This document shows, in pieces, positions 10,206-19,164 of a stretch of DNA of 37,419 bases. The DNA comes from an uncultured Candidatus Saccharibacteria bacterium (GTDB lineage: Bacteria; Patescibacteriota; Minisyncoccia; 2-02-FULL-40-12), in the NCBI GenBank assembly GCA_964361105.1, contig CAYHZG010000003.1, positions 1 to 37,419 on the forward strand, given 5' to 3'. Position 1 is the stretch's first letter. The number at the start of each line of letters is the position of its first letter. The notes under the pieces are model-generated. The model saw nothing but the letters and a program-made list of their open reading frames with translations. It had not been told where the DNA came from and did not search any database. The position numbers and the translations under genes were made by a program.

Positions 10206-10246
10206 TTATCCACAGTTTTGACTTTTACAGATTTGCAGATTATGCT
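10206..10246 (+). promoter_or_regulatory. DnaA box directly upstream of a sigma70-like promoter
   Basis: TTATCCACA 10206-10214; TTGACT 10218-10223, 17-nt spacer, TATGCT 10241-10246. Confidence 0.6.
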
Positions 10247-10263
10247 TAGATGATAATTGGATT

Positions 10264-10740
10264 ATGAATGAAGATTTTGAAATAAATCAATTTGAGCCAA
10301 AACCGGCTTCGCCGAAGAAAAAACTGAAGCAACCGGAGGACTTGAAAGGTGCGCTCGGACAGGCAATTAAAGAAAGGACAACAAAACTGGTTCCTTATGT
10401 TTTAATAGGAGTAGTTTTGGTGGCCGCCGGATTCTCTTTCTATTTCTGGAATGAGGCTCGGGCCTTGAGAAAGAATCCGCAAAAAGCGGCCCAGGCAGAA
10501 ACGCAGAAATTACTGTCTGACATTTCTAAACTTATTGTTTTACCGGAAGGAGAGACGCCGACCGTTGCCACGGTCACCGACCCGGAAATATTGAGAAGCC
10601 AGCCATTTTTCGCCAAGGCCCAGACCGGAGATAAGGTACTGATTTATACTAATGCCAGAAAAGCGATTCTTTACAGTGCAAATTTAAACAAAATTGTTGA
10701 AGTTGCGCCAATTAACATTGGCAATCCGCAACAACAGTAG
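10264..10740 (+). CDS. Hypothetical single-TM protein
   Basis: 158 aa; central TM; LIVLPEGETPTVATV...FFAKAQTGDKVLIY. Confidence 0.75.
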   Translation: MNEDFEINQFEPKPASPKKKLKQPEDLKGALGQAIKERTTKLVPYVLIGVVLVAAGFSFYFWNEARALRKNPQKAAQAETQKLLSDISKLIVLPEGETPTVATVTDPEILRSQPFFAKAQTGDKVLIYTNARKAILYSANLNKIVEVAPINIGNPQQQ

Positions 10741-10747
10741 AATATAG

Positions 10748-10804
10748 TCCCGATTTTCATTTATGAAAATCGAGGATCCTCGATTCTGCAAAGCAGAATC
10801 GGGA
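10748..10804. repeat. Family B double-hairpin element, copy 1 (intergenic)
   Basis: TCCCGATT[TTCAT-TT-ATGAA]AATCGAGGATCCTCGATT[CTGC-AAA-GCAG]AATCGGGA. Confidence 0.85.
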
Positions 10805-10873
10805 AATTTAGAAAAGAGGAGATAAAAGGCACGAGATTGATTACGGCCTTTTTTTGTTCTAACTTGATAGCAA

Positions 10874-12172
10874 ATGTTCAAAGAGTTAGGTTTATTAGCC
10901 AGGACCTTAGATTTAGGAAGAAAAATAATCCCTCGGTCGGTTTTTGAATTTTTTCAGCCCTGGTATCATGGTCTTTTGGCTTTGTCCGGGGCGGTTATCT
11001 ACGGCTGGCCGTCAAAAAAATTAAAAGTAATCGGCGTGACCGGAAGCAAAGGCAAATCAACTACGGTTTATTTGATAAGCAGATTCTTAGAGGAAGCCGG
11101 ATATGGTGTAGCTTCTATAGGTTCTCTTGGTTTTAGGATTGTGGGGGAGGCAGGGAGCGAAGCGACCGTCGGAAGGGGGCGGAGCCCCCTCCGAGTATTA
11201 TTGGAATGGCCGAACAATTTGAAAATGACAATGCTGGGTCGGTGGAAAATTCAGAAATTTTTAGCCGAAGCGGTCAGAGCCGGTTGTCAGTTTGCGATTT
11301 TGGAAGTTACTTCAGAAGGAATTAAACAGAAAAGACACTGGGGCATAAAGTTTGATACCGCGGTTTTTACCAATCTTGAAAAAGAGCATATTGAAGCTCA
11401 CAAGTCGTTTGAAAATTATTTTAAGGCCAAGCAGCAACTTTTTAAAATAACCAAAAATACCCACATTCTTAATGCCGATTCGCCTTATATTGATTTATTT
11501 TCCAAATTCCCGGCTCAAAAGAAAATTTTCTACAGTTTACGAAATTATAATTTTAGAAGTAATCTTCAAGGCGAGTTTAACAAACTAAATATTTTAGCCG
11601 CGGCCGAAACAGTGAAAAATTATGGTGTTAGTCCGGGAATAATTCAGAAAGCACTGGATAAAATAAAAAACATTCCTGGTCGGTTTGAGTTTATCGATAG
11701 GGGACAAGATTTTAAAATTGTGATTGATTATGCTCATACGCCAGGATCCCTGGAGGCCGTGTATAAAACGTTAAAGGGTCTAATGTCTAAAGACCAGGGG
11801 CTAAAGCAAAGATTGATTTGTGTCTTGGGGGCCGCCGGGGGAGGAAGAGATAAATGGAAGAGACCAATTTTCGGTCAACTGGCTGAAGATTATTGCGACC
11901 GGATAATTCTTACCAATGAAGATCCTTATGATGAATCACCAGAAAAAATTGTTGATGAGGTGAATTCGGGAATAAAAAACAAAAAGAAGGTTGAAAAAAT
12001 TATGGATAGAAAGATGGCAATTAAGAAGGCCTTAACTTTAGCCGGAAAAAGCGATATAGTGGTGATAACCGGAAAGGGTTCGGAAATATCGATGGCCGTA
12101 GCCCAAGGTAAAAAAATTCCATGGTCTGAAAAGGATGTAGTTTTAGAAGTTTTAGAAGAGATAAAAAAATGA
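10874..12172 (+). CDS. murE: UDP-N-acetylmuramoyl-tripeptide synthetase (Mur ligase)
   Basis: IGVTGSKGKSTT P-loop, LEVTSEG, FTNLEKEHIEAH, PGRFE, DYAHTP, GGGRDKWKRP, NEDPYDE, GKGSE. Confidence 0.9.
   Translation: MFKELGLLARTLDLGRKIIPRSVFEFFQPWYHGLLALSGAVIYGWPSKKLKVIGVTGSKGKSTTVYLISRFLEEAGYGVASIGSLGFRIVGEAGSEATVGRGRSPLRVLLEWPNNLKMTMLGRWKIQKFLAEAVRAGCQFAILEVTSEGIKQKRHWGIKFDTAVFTNLEKEHIEAHKSFENYFKAKQQLFKITKNTHILNADSPYIDLFSKFPAQKKIFYSLRNYNFRSNLQGEFNKLNILAAAETVKNYGVSPGIIQKALDKIKNIPGRFEFIDRGQDFKIVIDYAHTPGSLEAVYKTLKGLMSKDQGLKQRLICVLGAAGGGRDKWKRPIFGQLAEDYCDRIILTNEDPYDESPEKIVDEVNSGIKNKKKVEKIMDRKMAIKKALTLAGKSDIVVITGKGSEISMAVAQGKKIPWSEKDVVLEVLEEIKK
11141..11197. repeat. GC-rich palindromic in-frame insertion in murE
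   Basis: GAGCGAAGCGA plus hairpin TCGGA(A)GGGGGC-GGA-GCCCCCTCCGA in an otherwise AT-rich gene; boundaries approximate. Confidence 0.7.
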
Positions 12173-12657
12173 AACCTAAATTGCTATTGCCTAAGTATAT
12201 AAAAAAAGAAAAACAAAAAAGATTTGAGATTTTAGAGCGGGCGGCTGATTTGGGGTTTAAGATTTTTGGTTCTTCGGCCAAAGAGCTTTTTAAAAATGCC
12301 GTTTACGCGATGGGTTATGCCCAAAAACCGGAAATTGTTGAACAATCGGCGGTCGGGGCATTAATCGGTCGGCTGAGGGGAAGGCGAATAAGCGAGGATT
12401 TTTTAATTGAGTCAATGGATTATAACACTCTCTTGGTTGATTTTTTAAGTGAGATATTGTCCCGTTCTGACAATCAGAACGCCGTTTTTTTTGATGTCAA
12501 GTTTAACAAATTCTCAGAACTTAAAATCGGCGGCCGAATTTATGGCGTTAAAGTTGATGATTTCAGTAAAAATATAAAGGCCGTGACTTATCACGAAGTC
12601 GACGTGAAAGAAAGTGAACCGGGGAAATGGGAGAGCCAATTGGTTTTTGACATCTAG
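12169..12657 (+). CDS. Archease family protein
   Basis: FEILERAADLGFKIFG, LLVDFLSEIL, IKAVTYH, C-terminal FDI. Confidence 0.85.
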   Translation: MKPKLLLPKYIKKEKQKRFEILERAADLGFKIFGSSAKELFKNAVYAMGYAQKPEIVEQSAVGALIGRLRGRRISEDFLIESMDYNTLLVDFLSEILSRSDNQNAVFFDVKFNKFSELKIGGRIYGVKVDDFSKNIKAVTYHEVDVKESEPGKWESQLVFDI

Positions 12658-12683
12658 TCAATAATAATTATATTTTAAATTTA

Positions 12684-13100
12684 ATGGACCACGAAAAAAA
12701 TCAACAACTTTTTTGGTTTTTAATAATATTTTTCTTGGTTCTTTTTGCCGGAGCAGTTTTCTTTTTTAATAAGGACTTGCCGAAAAATCAGGAGGCCAGT
12801 TTAAACGAACCAAAAAATAATAACGGCCGGGTCTATACGGTTTATTACACCAGCGGGGTTTTCAGCCCGACCAATTTACAAATTAACATCGGCGACACGG
12901 TCAGATTCGTTAATGATGGCCTTTTGCCGATAAGGGTTGTTTCTGATCCGCATCCCACCCATGACGCTCTTCCGGGCTTTGACAGCATTTCTGATATTCC
13001 GACCCAGAGCGTTTTTACCTTTACTTTTACTACTCGGGGTATTTTTGATTACCACAATGAAAGAAAAATTGAGCAAAAGGGGACTATAATAGTTAAATGA
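12684..13100 (+). CDS. Membrane-anchored cupredoxin-fold protein
   Basis: FSPTNLQINIGDTVRFVN, SDPHPTH, FTFTF, YHNE, GTIIVK. Confidence 0.8.
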   Translation: MDHEKNQQLFWFLIIFFLVLFAGAVFFFNKDLPKNQEASLNEPKNNNGRVYTVYYTSGVFSPTNLQINIGDTVRFVNDGLLPIRVVSDPHPTHDALPGFDSISDIPTQSVFTFTFTTRGIFDYHNERKIEQKGTIIVK

Positions 13101-13915
13101 TCTTTCTTTTTATTCAGGAACTCATACTTTTTGCCCTGGCTCAGCTGATTGGAATTTTCGTGGCTTTGAAAAGCCGGACTTTGATTCAGGGGCAGAATAT
13201 TACTATCGATTTTACGGCTGGCGAAATAATTATATTCCTGATTTTATTTGTCGCTTTTATTTATTTTTTAAGCCGGTTTTCTCATAAGTCAAAGATATTT
13301 TTCAGGTTGGTTTTAGGGCTGGTGGTATTTATCGGCAGTCAGACGGTTTTTTCTCTGTTTTTTGGCGAAGTGATTGTCTCGACCATTATTGCCATCGGAC
13401 TCGCCGTTTTGGTCTTGAAAGCAAAAATAATTTTACTCCATAATATCGGAATGATTTTGGCTTTAGCCGGGATTGGGGCGGTCCTTGGTCTATCCCTTAC
13501 TCCAATTTCGGTTGTTTTTCTTTTATTGATTTTGTCCTTCTACGACATTATTGCCGTTTATAAAACCGGGCATATGGTAAAGATAGCCGAGGAGATGATT
13601 AAAGCCAGGGCAATTTCCGGGATTGTTTTGCCTCAAACGATAAAGGATTGGTTTGGAAGTCTTGAGAATGTCCAGCCCGGCGGCCGTTTTATGATTTTGG
13701 GCTCTGGCGATGTTGTGATGCCTTTGATTCTAGTTGCTTCGGTTATTGGCTTTTACGGCCTATCCCGGGGGCTCGTTGTAATGCTTTTTTCAATGTTCGG
13801 CCTCTTTTTGACTTTTTATCTTTTTATAACCCAGAAAACGAGACGGCCAATGGCCGCTCTGCCGCCGATTGCGGCGATGTCAATAATCGGATATTTGGTT
13901 TCAATTGTTTTGTAG
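13097..13915 (+). CDS. Presenilin/SPP-like GxGD intramembrane aspartyl protease
   Basis: Multi-TM; FYDIIAVYKTGHM, LGSGD, AALPP (PAL-like motif). Confidence 0.85.
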   Translation: MIFLFIQELILFALAQLIGIFVALKSRTLIQGQNITIDFTAGEIIIFLILFVAFIYFLSRFSHKSKIFFRLVLGLVVFIGSQTVFSLFFGEVIVSTIIAIGLAVLVLKAKIILLHNIGMILALAGIGAVLGLSLTPISVVFLLLILSFYDIIAVYKTGHMVKIAEEMIKARAISGIVLPQTIKDWFGSLENVQPGGRFMILGSGDVVMPLILVASVIGFYGLSRGLVVMLFSMFGLFLTFYLFITQKTRRPMAALPPIAAMSIIGYLVSIVL

Positions 13916-13923
13916 TTTAGTTC

Positions 13924-14264
13924 GCAGCGTGGGAGTATCCAATTCGCGAAAAGCCTCTCTCGGCCGAAACCCTGTATCGACAACACCAATTTCTTCTCTT
14001 GAGACAATTCTTGGAAATGGCACGCCACTTTACTTGAATTGCCGACAAAATCGGCTCCTCCACCAATTTTGTCCTTTCGGCAATTTGGCTTACGCCATCC
14101 CAGTTCGTCTCTGTGGAGACTCGCATGGGGACTGCGTAAAGATGGCGGCCATTTCACAAGACACCCTCAGGTTCAGAAATCGGTGTTGTCTCATGGGTTT
14201 CGCGAACGGTTCTGAAATGGCTATACCCGAGAGGATTTCTGCAGTTTACTTTTCCCTCACTCGC
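13924..14264. ncRNA. Unidentified ~340-nt highly base-paired intergenic element (candidate ncRNA or palindromic mobile element)
   Basis: Nested complementary segments, e.g. GACAACACCAATTTCT 13979-13994 / AGAAATCGGTGTTGTC 14175-14190 and CGAAACCC / GGGTTTCG. Confidence 0.45.
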
Positions 14265-14280
14265 AATTATAATTTAAATA

Positions 14281-14865
14281 ATGAGATATAAATTTGCCGT
14301 TTCCGGAGCAGCCGATACGGGCATGTGCGAGATAGACGCCCCGACTAAAGCCGAAGAAGTGGGCCGGGAGGTGGTTCGTCAGGGCGGGATATTGGTTACC
14401 GGCGCCACCAATGGCATCCCTGATTTTGCGGCCAAAGGAGCCAAAGACGAAGGCGGAGTTGTGATTGGCATGAGCCCGGCCGCCTCTTATCAGCATCACG
14501 TTAAAACCTATAAACTGCCAACTGATTACTATGACACCATAATTTTCACTGGATTTGATTACTCGGGCCGTAATTTGTTATTGACAAAGTCAGCCGATGC
14601 CGTTATTATTATATGCGGTGGCTTTGGAACTTTGAACGAATTTACGATTGCCTTGGAAGACAATAAGCCGATCGGCGTTTTAACTGGAACCGGCGGCACC
14701 GCCGAAGAGATTGCCGGACTTTTAACCGAAATTGAGGATCCCCATCGGCATGGTGCCGGAAAAGTTATTTTTAATGAAAACCCAAAAGAGTTGATTTCAG
14801 AGCTGGTTAAATTAATTGAAAAAGACCAAAAAGAATTAAAAATTTCTCCGCCAATCGGAGAATAG
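14281..14865 (+). CDS. LOG/TIGR00725-like Rossmann-fold nucleotide-binding protein
   Basis: LVTGATNG, GRNLLL, ADAVIIICGGFGTLNEF, GTGG. Confidence 0.85.
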   Translation: MRYKFAVSGAADTGMCEIDAPTKAEEVGREVVRQGGILVTGATNGIPDFAAKGAKDEGGVVIGMSPAASYQHHVKTYKLPTDYYDTIIFTGFDYSGRNLLLTKSADAVIIICGGFGTLNEFTIALEDNKPIGVLTGTGGTAEEIAGLLTEIEDPHRHGAGKVIFNENPKELISELVKLIEKDQKELKISPPIGE

Positions 14866-14872
14866 TGGTCGA

Positions 14873-14985
14873 TCCCGTTAGAAGTTAACCCTAACGGGAG
14901 TAAACATGAATTATCTTATTATAAAGTTTTATAATCTTTGCCACTGGTTTAAGGCGGTGGATGATCTGTAAAACTTCTAACGGGA
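14873..14985 (+). mobile_element. Family A element, copy 1 (113 nt), ending on the A of the downstream ATG
   Basis: TCCCGTTAGAAGTT...AACTTCTAACGGGA terminal inverted repeat; internal CCCTAACGGG. Confidence 0.8.
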
Positions 14986-15236
14986 TGGCTGAAGAAAAAC
15001 TTGTCGGAAAAATAACCCACTATTATAATGCTATCGGAGTCGGAATTATTGAGTTATCTGGTGCTTTGAAAGTAGGGGACGCAGTCCATATTAAAGGCAA
15101 AGCGACTGATTTTGAACAAATGGTTGATTCTTTGCAGATTGAGCATAAAGAGGTTCAAAGCGCCAAAAAAGGTGACGTGATTGGGATTAAGACGAAGCAG
15201 AAGGTAAAAGAAGGGGACGAAGTCTATCTAAAATAA
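14985..15236 (+). CDS. Small translation-factor-like beta-barrel protein (U32 C-terminal-like)
   Basis: MAEEKLVGKITHYY...LKVGD.VHIKG..TDFEQ.VDSLQIEH...GIK...VKEGDEVY. The ORF-track extension MICKTSNG lies inside the repeat. Confidence 0.8.
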   Translation: MAEEKLVGKITHYYNAIGVGIIELSGALKVGDAVHIKGKATDFEQMVDSLQIEHKEVQSAKKGDVIGIKTKQKVKEGDEVYLK

Positions 15237-15257
15237 AAAATTTTATTTCAATAAAAA

Positions 15258-17657
15258 ATGAGCGAATTCAAGATCAATAATTTTACCGTTAAAGACGAAC
15301 TCCCGGTAATTGCTTTAAAGGAGGTAGTTTTATTTCCGACCTTAATCGTTCCAAATATAATCATTGGCCGGCCTAAAACCATGGCCGCTTTGGGCAAAGC
15401 CATGATTGAAGATAAGCTGGTTATCTTTGTCGCTCAGAAAAATCTATCAGAAGAGGTCAGTCCGGAAAATCTTTATTCGGTCGGAACCCTGGGCCGGATT
15501 AATCTGGTTTTAAAGGCCAATGGCGGCACCGCCAGAATTGAAGTCGAAGGTCTTAAAAGAGTCAGAATTTTGAATTTTCCGAAAACCGAGCCGTATCTAG
15601 CGGCCAAAATTGAACCGCTTGATATTCAGAAAGGAGATAATCTTGAAGTTGAGGCCTTGGTTAGATCGGTTTTGGAGAATTTTGACAAGGTTTCAGAAGT
15701 GGTTAGGCCGCTCCCGCCGACCTTTTTTAATTTAATTAAAAGCATCAAAGACCCGGAGCAGGTTTTATCGCTGATTGTTTATCACTTGGGCTTCAATGTT
15801 GTTGACCAGCAAAGAATTTTGGAAACAACCGATATCAGAGAGGTGCTTAGAGAAATTAATAAACATTTGGTTAAAGAATTGGAAATTTTGGAAACCGAGA
15901 AAAAGTTGGCCAAGGAAACCAGAAAGCAGCTTGGTAAGATGCAAAAGGAGGTTTATCTGCGGGAACAGCTTCGGAGTATTGAAAAGGAATTGGGCTTGGC
16001 TGGAGAAAAAACCGAGTTTGAAATGCTTCGCAAAAAAATAAAAGATGCCAAAATGCCCAAAGAAGTCGAGGCCAAAGCAACCAAAGAACTTGAACGGATG
16101 GAAAAAATGCCTTCATTCAGCCCAGAAGTCGCCTATATCAGGACTTATCTTGATTGGCTGGTTGAACTGCCTTGGTCTAATTCGACCAAAAACAAGATAG
16201 ACATTAAAAAGGCAGCCAAAATTTTGGAGGAGGACCATTTTGGCCTTGAAAAAGCTAAGGAAAGAATTCTGGAGTATCTGGCCGTCCAAAAACAAGTTGG
16301 TAAGATTAAAGGCCCAATTCTTTGTTTTATGGGGCCGCCCGGAACCGGCAAAACCTCAATCGGCCAGTCAATCGCAAGGGCTCTCGGCCGGAAGTTTTTA
16401 AGAATTTCTCTTGGCGGCATCAGGGATGAAGCCGAGATAAGGGGCCACCGCCGAACTTATGTTGGTGCTTTGCCCGGCCGGATTATTCAAGGGATTCATA
16501 GCGTCAAGGTCAATAATCCGGTTTTTATGCTGGATGAGATTGATAAAATCGGCTATGACTTCCGGGGCGACCCGTCAGCCGCTTTGCTTGAGGCCTTGGA
16601 TCCTCAGCAAAACAATTCATTCTCTGACCACTACCTTGAGACACCCTTTGACTTATCCAATGTTTTCTTCATCACCACGGCCAATATCTTAGATACCGTT
16701 CCGCCGGCCCTGCGCGACCGTTTGGAAATAATTGAGTTTCCGGGTTACACCGAGCATGAAAAATTCCATATTGCCAAAGGATTTTTGATTCCTAAGCTTT
16801 TAAAAGAGCATGGTGTTGAAAAAATGGTCAGTTTTAATGATGAAGCAACCAAAGAAGTGGTCAGACGTTATACCCGCGAGGCCGGAGTGAGGGATCTTGA
16901 AAGGCAATTAGCCAAGGTGGCCAGGAAGAATGTCCGGAATTTAGTTGAATCAGGCAAAAGGGCCGGAAAAATTTCGGTTGATATTTCCTCATTAAGAAAA
17001 TTTTTAGGTCCAGAAAGATATATTTCTCAGCTCGCCGAAAAAAGAGATGAAGTTGGCGTGGCCACGGGCCTGGCCTGGACCTCAGTTGGAGGAGAAGTTT
17101 TGTCGGTTGAGGTGACTAAGATGCCGGGCAAGGGAAAACTGGAACTGACCGGTCACTTGGGCAATGTCATGAGAGAATCGGCCAAGGCAGCTTTGTCCTT
17201 TTCGAGAGCCTATGCCTCAAAAGCCAGCGACATTCTGAAAGATTTTTATAGCTACGATATTCATATTCATGTTCCTTCGGGCGCGATTCCCAAAGACGGC
17301 CCATCAGCCGGGATAACCATTTCTACGGCTTTGATTTCGCTTTTTACCGGAGCCAAAGTTAGAAAAGACGTGGCCATGACCGGCGAGGTAACATTGCGCG
17401 GCAAGGTTTTGGAAATCGGCGGGATTAAAGAAAAAGTTTTGGCGGCTCACCGAGCCGGCATTAAAAATGTGATTTTGCCCAAAGACAATGAAAAGGACTT
17501 AGACGACATACCCAAAGAAATAAATAAAGAAATGAAATTCATTTTTGTCGAGCATATGGGTGATGTTCTGAAGGCGGCTTTAAAGTGGCCCAAGGCGCCA
17601 AAAGGTGAGGTTATCCAACCGCGAAGCTTAATCGCTCAAATTCCGCGCATCTCATGA
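15258..17657 (+). CDS. lon: ATP-dependent protease La
   Basis: GPPGTGKTS Walker [27 protein letters not shown] catalytic Ser, IGGIKEK. Confidence 0.98.
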   Translation: MSEFKINNFTVKDELPVIALKEVVLFPTLIVPNIIIGRPKTMAALGKAMIEDKLVIFVAQKNLSEEVSPENLYSVGTLGRINLVLKANGGTARIEVEGLKRVRILNFPKTEPYLAAKIEPLDIQKGDNLEVEALVRSVLENFDKVSEVVRPLPPTFFNLIKSIKDPEQVLSLIVYHLGFNVVDQQRILETTDIREVLREINKHLVKELEILETEKKLAKETRKQLGKMQKEVYLREQLRSIEKELGLAGEKTEFEMLRKKIKDAKMPKEVEAKATKELERMEKMPSFSPEVAYIRTYLDWLVELPWSNSTKNKIDIKKAAKILEEDHFGLEKAKERILEYLAVQKQVGKIKGPILCFMGPPGTGKTSIGQSIARALGRKFLRISLGGIRDEAEIRGHRRTYVGALPGRIIQGIHSVKVNNPVFMLDEIDKIGYDFRGDPSAALLEALDPQQNNSFSDHYLETPFDLSNVFFITTANILDTVPPALRDRLEIIEFPGYTEHEKFHIAKGFLIPKLLKEHGVEKMVSFNDEATKEVVRRYTREAGVRDLERQLAKVARKNVRNLVESGKRAGKISVDISSLRKFLGPERYISQLAEKRDEVGVATGLAWTSVGGEVLSVEVTKMPGKGKLELTGHLGNVMRESAKAALSFSRAYASKASDILKDFYSYDIHIHVPSGAIPKDGPSAGITISTALISLFTGAKVRKDVAMTGEVTLRGKVLEIGGIKEKVLAAHRAGIKNVILPKDNEKDLDDIPKEINKEMKFIFVEHMGDVLKAALKWPKAPKGEVIQPRSLIAQIPRIS

Positions 17658-17658
17658 A

Positions 17659-17828
17659 TCCCGTTAGAAGTCGCCCTAACGGGTTAAACGAATAAAACAT
17701 CAAATGAATAAGAAAAGTAGCTCTGCGCATAAAACTAACAATGCAGACTGCGCAGTCCCGTTAGAAGCCGCGAGGGCCCGCAGCGTGCCTCTGCTTCTAA
17801 CGGGACGAAGCAGCGACTTCTAACTGGA
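17659..17828 (+). mobile_element. Family A element, copy 2, with a nested short copy; flanked by TGAA/TGAA
   Basis: TCCCGTTAGAAGTCGC...GCGACTTCTAACTGGA; TGAA at 17655-17658 and 17829-17832. Confidence 0.85.
17756..17805 (+). mobile_element. Family A short (50-nt) element nested in copy 2
   Basis: TCCCGTTAGAAG-CCGCGAGGGCCCGCAGCGTGCCTCTG-CTTCTAACGGGA. Confidence 0.85.
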
Positions 17829-18034
17829 TGAATCCCCCGAATAATGAATACATAGTTTTTCCCTCAGCCAAGTCACTTTTGACTATTGGCCTTGTTTCCG
17901 CGATTCTGGCGCCCATTGTCGGCATAATTCTGGGACTTTATTTTTTAAGAAGGCCGCAATTGGTCAAAGAAGGGAGAAGCATTATTTTGGTCGCTTTCAT
18001 TTGGTTAGCCGTCATTTTTATCATTGCTTTCTAA
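17828..18034 (+). CDS. Small two-TM membrane protein
   Basis: 68 aa; two hydrophobic helices; PIVGIILG. Confidence 0.65.
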   Translation: MNPPNNEYIVFPSAKSLLTIGLVSAILAPIVGIILGLYFLRRPQLVKEGRSIILVAFIWLAVIFIIAF

Positions 18035-19163
18035 TAAGAACTTTCTTTACTCGGCCTCTATTTTAATCGGAACAATCGTCGGGGTCGGGATTTTCGGAAT
18101 TCCTTTTTCCTTTGCCAAAGCCGGATTTTTGACCGGTTTTTTGTTTTTAGTTTTCGTCGGTTTATTGAGTTTGGCAGTTAATCTGATTTTCGGTGAAATT
18201 GTCTTAAGGACAAAAGAGGTCCACCAATTTACCGGCTATGCCAGGATTTATTTGAATAAGGGTTTTAGAATCTTAGCTTCTTTTGCCTGGTTTTTGGGTA
18301 TTTACGCCGCCTTACTCGCCTATATAATTTTGAGCGGCAATTTTTTATTCAATCTTTTTATTTCCCAGTTTTACGGCGAACCATTTGTTTTTAGCATCTG
18401 GTTTTTTGCCTTTGCGGCCTTGGTGGTTTTAGCCGGACTTAAAACTGTAGTCCAGTTTGAGTTTTTCATGGTTCTCTTTTTCACCTTGATTGTATTTTTA
18501 ATTTTTGGATTTGGAGTTCCGAAAATTGAGCTTCAAAACCTGGCCACGTTGTTTAATCAAGAATTCTGGTTCTTGCCTTACGGCATCTTGCTTTTTGCTT
18601 ATGCCGGTTTTTCGGCTATTCCGATTCAAAGGGAGTTAATCAAAAATAAAACTGGGGTCTTGAAAAAAGCGATTTTGTGGGGCAGCTTGGTGCCAGTAGT
18701 TCTTTATCTAGTTTTTACGCTGTCAATAGTTGGTATTTCCGGGGATACGACCTCACCAGATGTGGTTAGCGGCCTGCGCGAGTTTTTTGATTATAGAATT
18801 ATTTCTTTGGTTTCGCTTTTCGGGCTTTTAGCCATTACTACTTCGTTTATGGCTTTGTCAGTGGCTTTGATTGAGACCTTTCGGCTTGATTATGGTTTTA
18901 AGCGTTTTAACGCCTGGGCCTTGACGGTTTTCTTGCCCTTTATCTTATTTTGGTTTGGGATCAGGAATTTTATTGAGGTGATTTCTTTGGCCGGCTCGGT
19001 GGCTATTGGTATTGAGGGGATTATTTTGATTTTTATGTATAAGGCAGCTAAAAAATCCGGCAGCCGGGAGCCAGAGTATTCTTTAAACTTGCCGAATTTG
19101 GTACTAAATGGAATAATGATTCTGTTTGCTCTAGGCGCGGTTTATGCGTTGTTCTTTGAATAA
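18024..19163 (+). CDS. Amino acid permease (aromatic amino acid/HAAAP-like, APC superfamily)
   Basis: GTIVGVGIFGIPF in TM1; about 11 TM helices; LLAITTSF. Confidence 0.85.
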   Translation: MLSNKNFLYSASILIGTIVGVGIFGIPFSFAKAGFLTGFLFLVFVGLLSLAVNLIFGEIVLRTKEVHQFTGYARIYLNKGFRILASFAWFLGIYAALLAYIILSGNFLFNLFISQFYGEPFVFSIWFFAFAALVVLAGLKTVVQFEFFMVLFFTLIVFLIFGFGVPKIELQNLATLFNQEFWFLPYGILLFAYAGFSAIPIQRELIKNKTGVLKKAILWGSLVPVVLYLVFTLSIVGISGDTTSPDVVSGLREFFDYRIISLVSLFGLLAITTSFMALSVALIETFRLDYGFKRFNAWALTVFLPFILFWFGIRNFIEVISLAGSVAIGIEGIILIFMYKAAKKSGSREPEYSLNLPNLVLNGIMILFALGAVYALFFE

Positions 19164-19164
19164 T

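Noticed and set aside
13916-14280. RNase P RNA, tmRNA, SRP RNA or tRNA
   Set aside because: No GAGGAAAGTCC or SRP GGAA-loop signature on either strand; CTCCACCA near 14057 lacks a preceding T-arm
13816-14291. Overlapping ORFs of 128, 113 and 69 aa
   Set aside because: No recognisable protein features; they overlap real genes and the structured element
14961-14984. N-terminal extension MICKTSNG; likewise MLAELANKFR on rpsD at 29098
   Set aside because: Both derive from upstream repeat or leader sequence; conserved protein starts at 14985 and 29128
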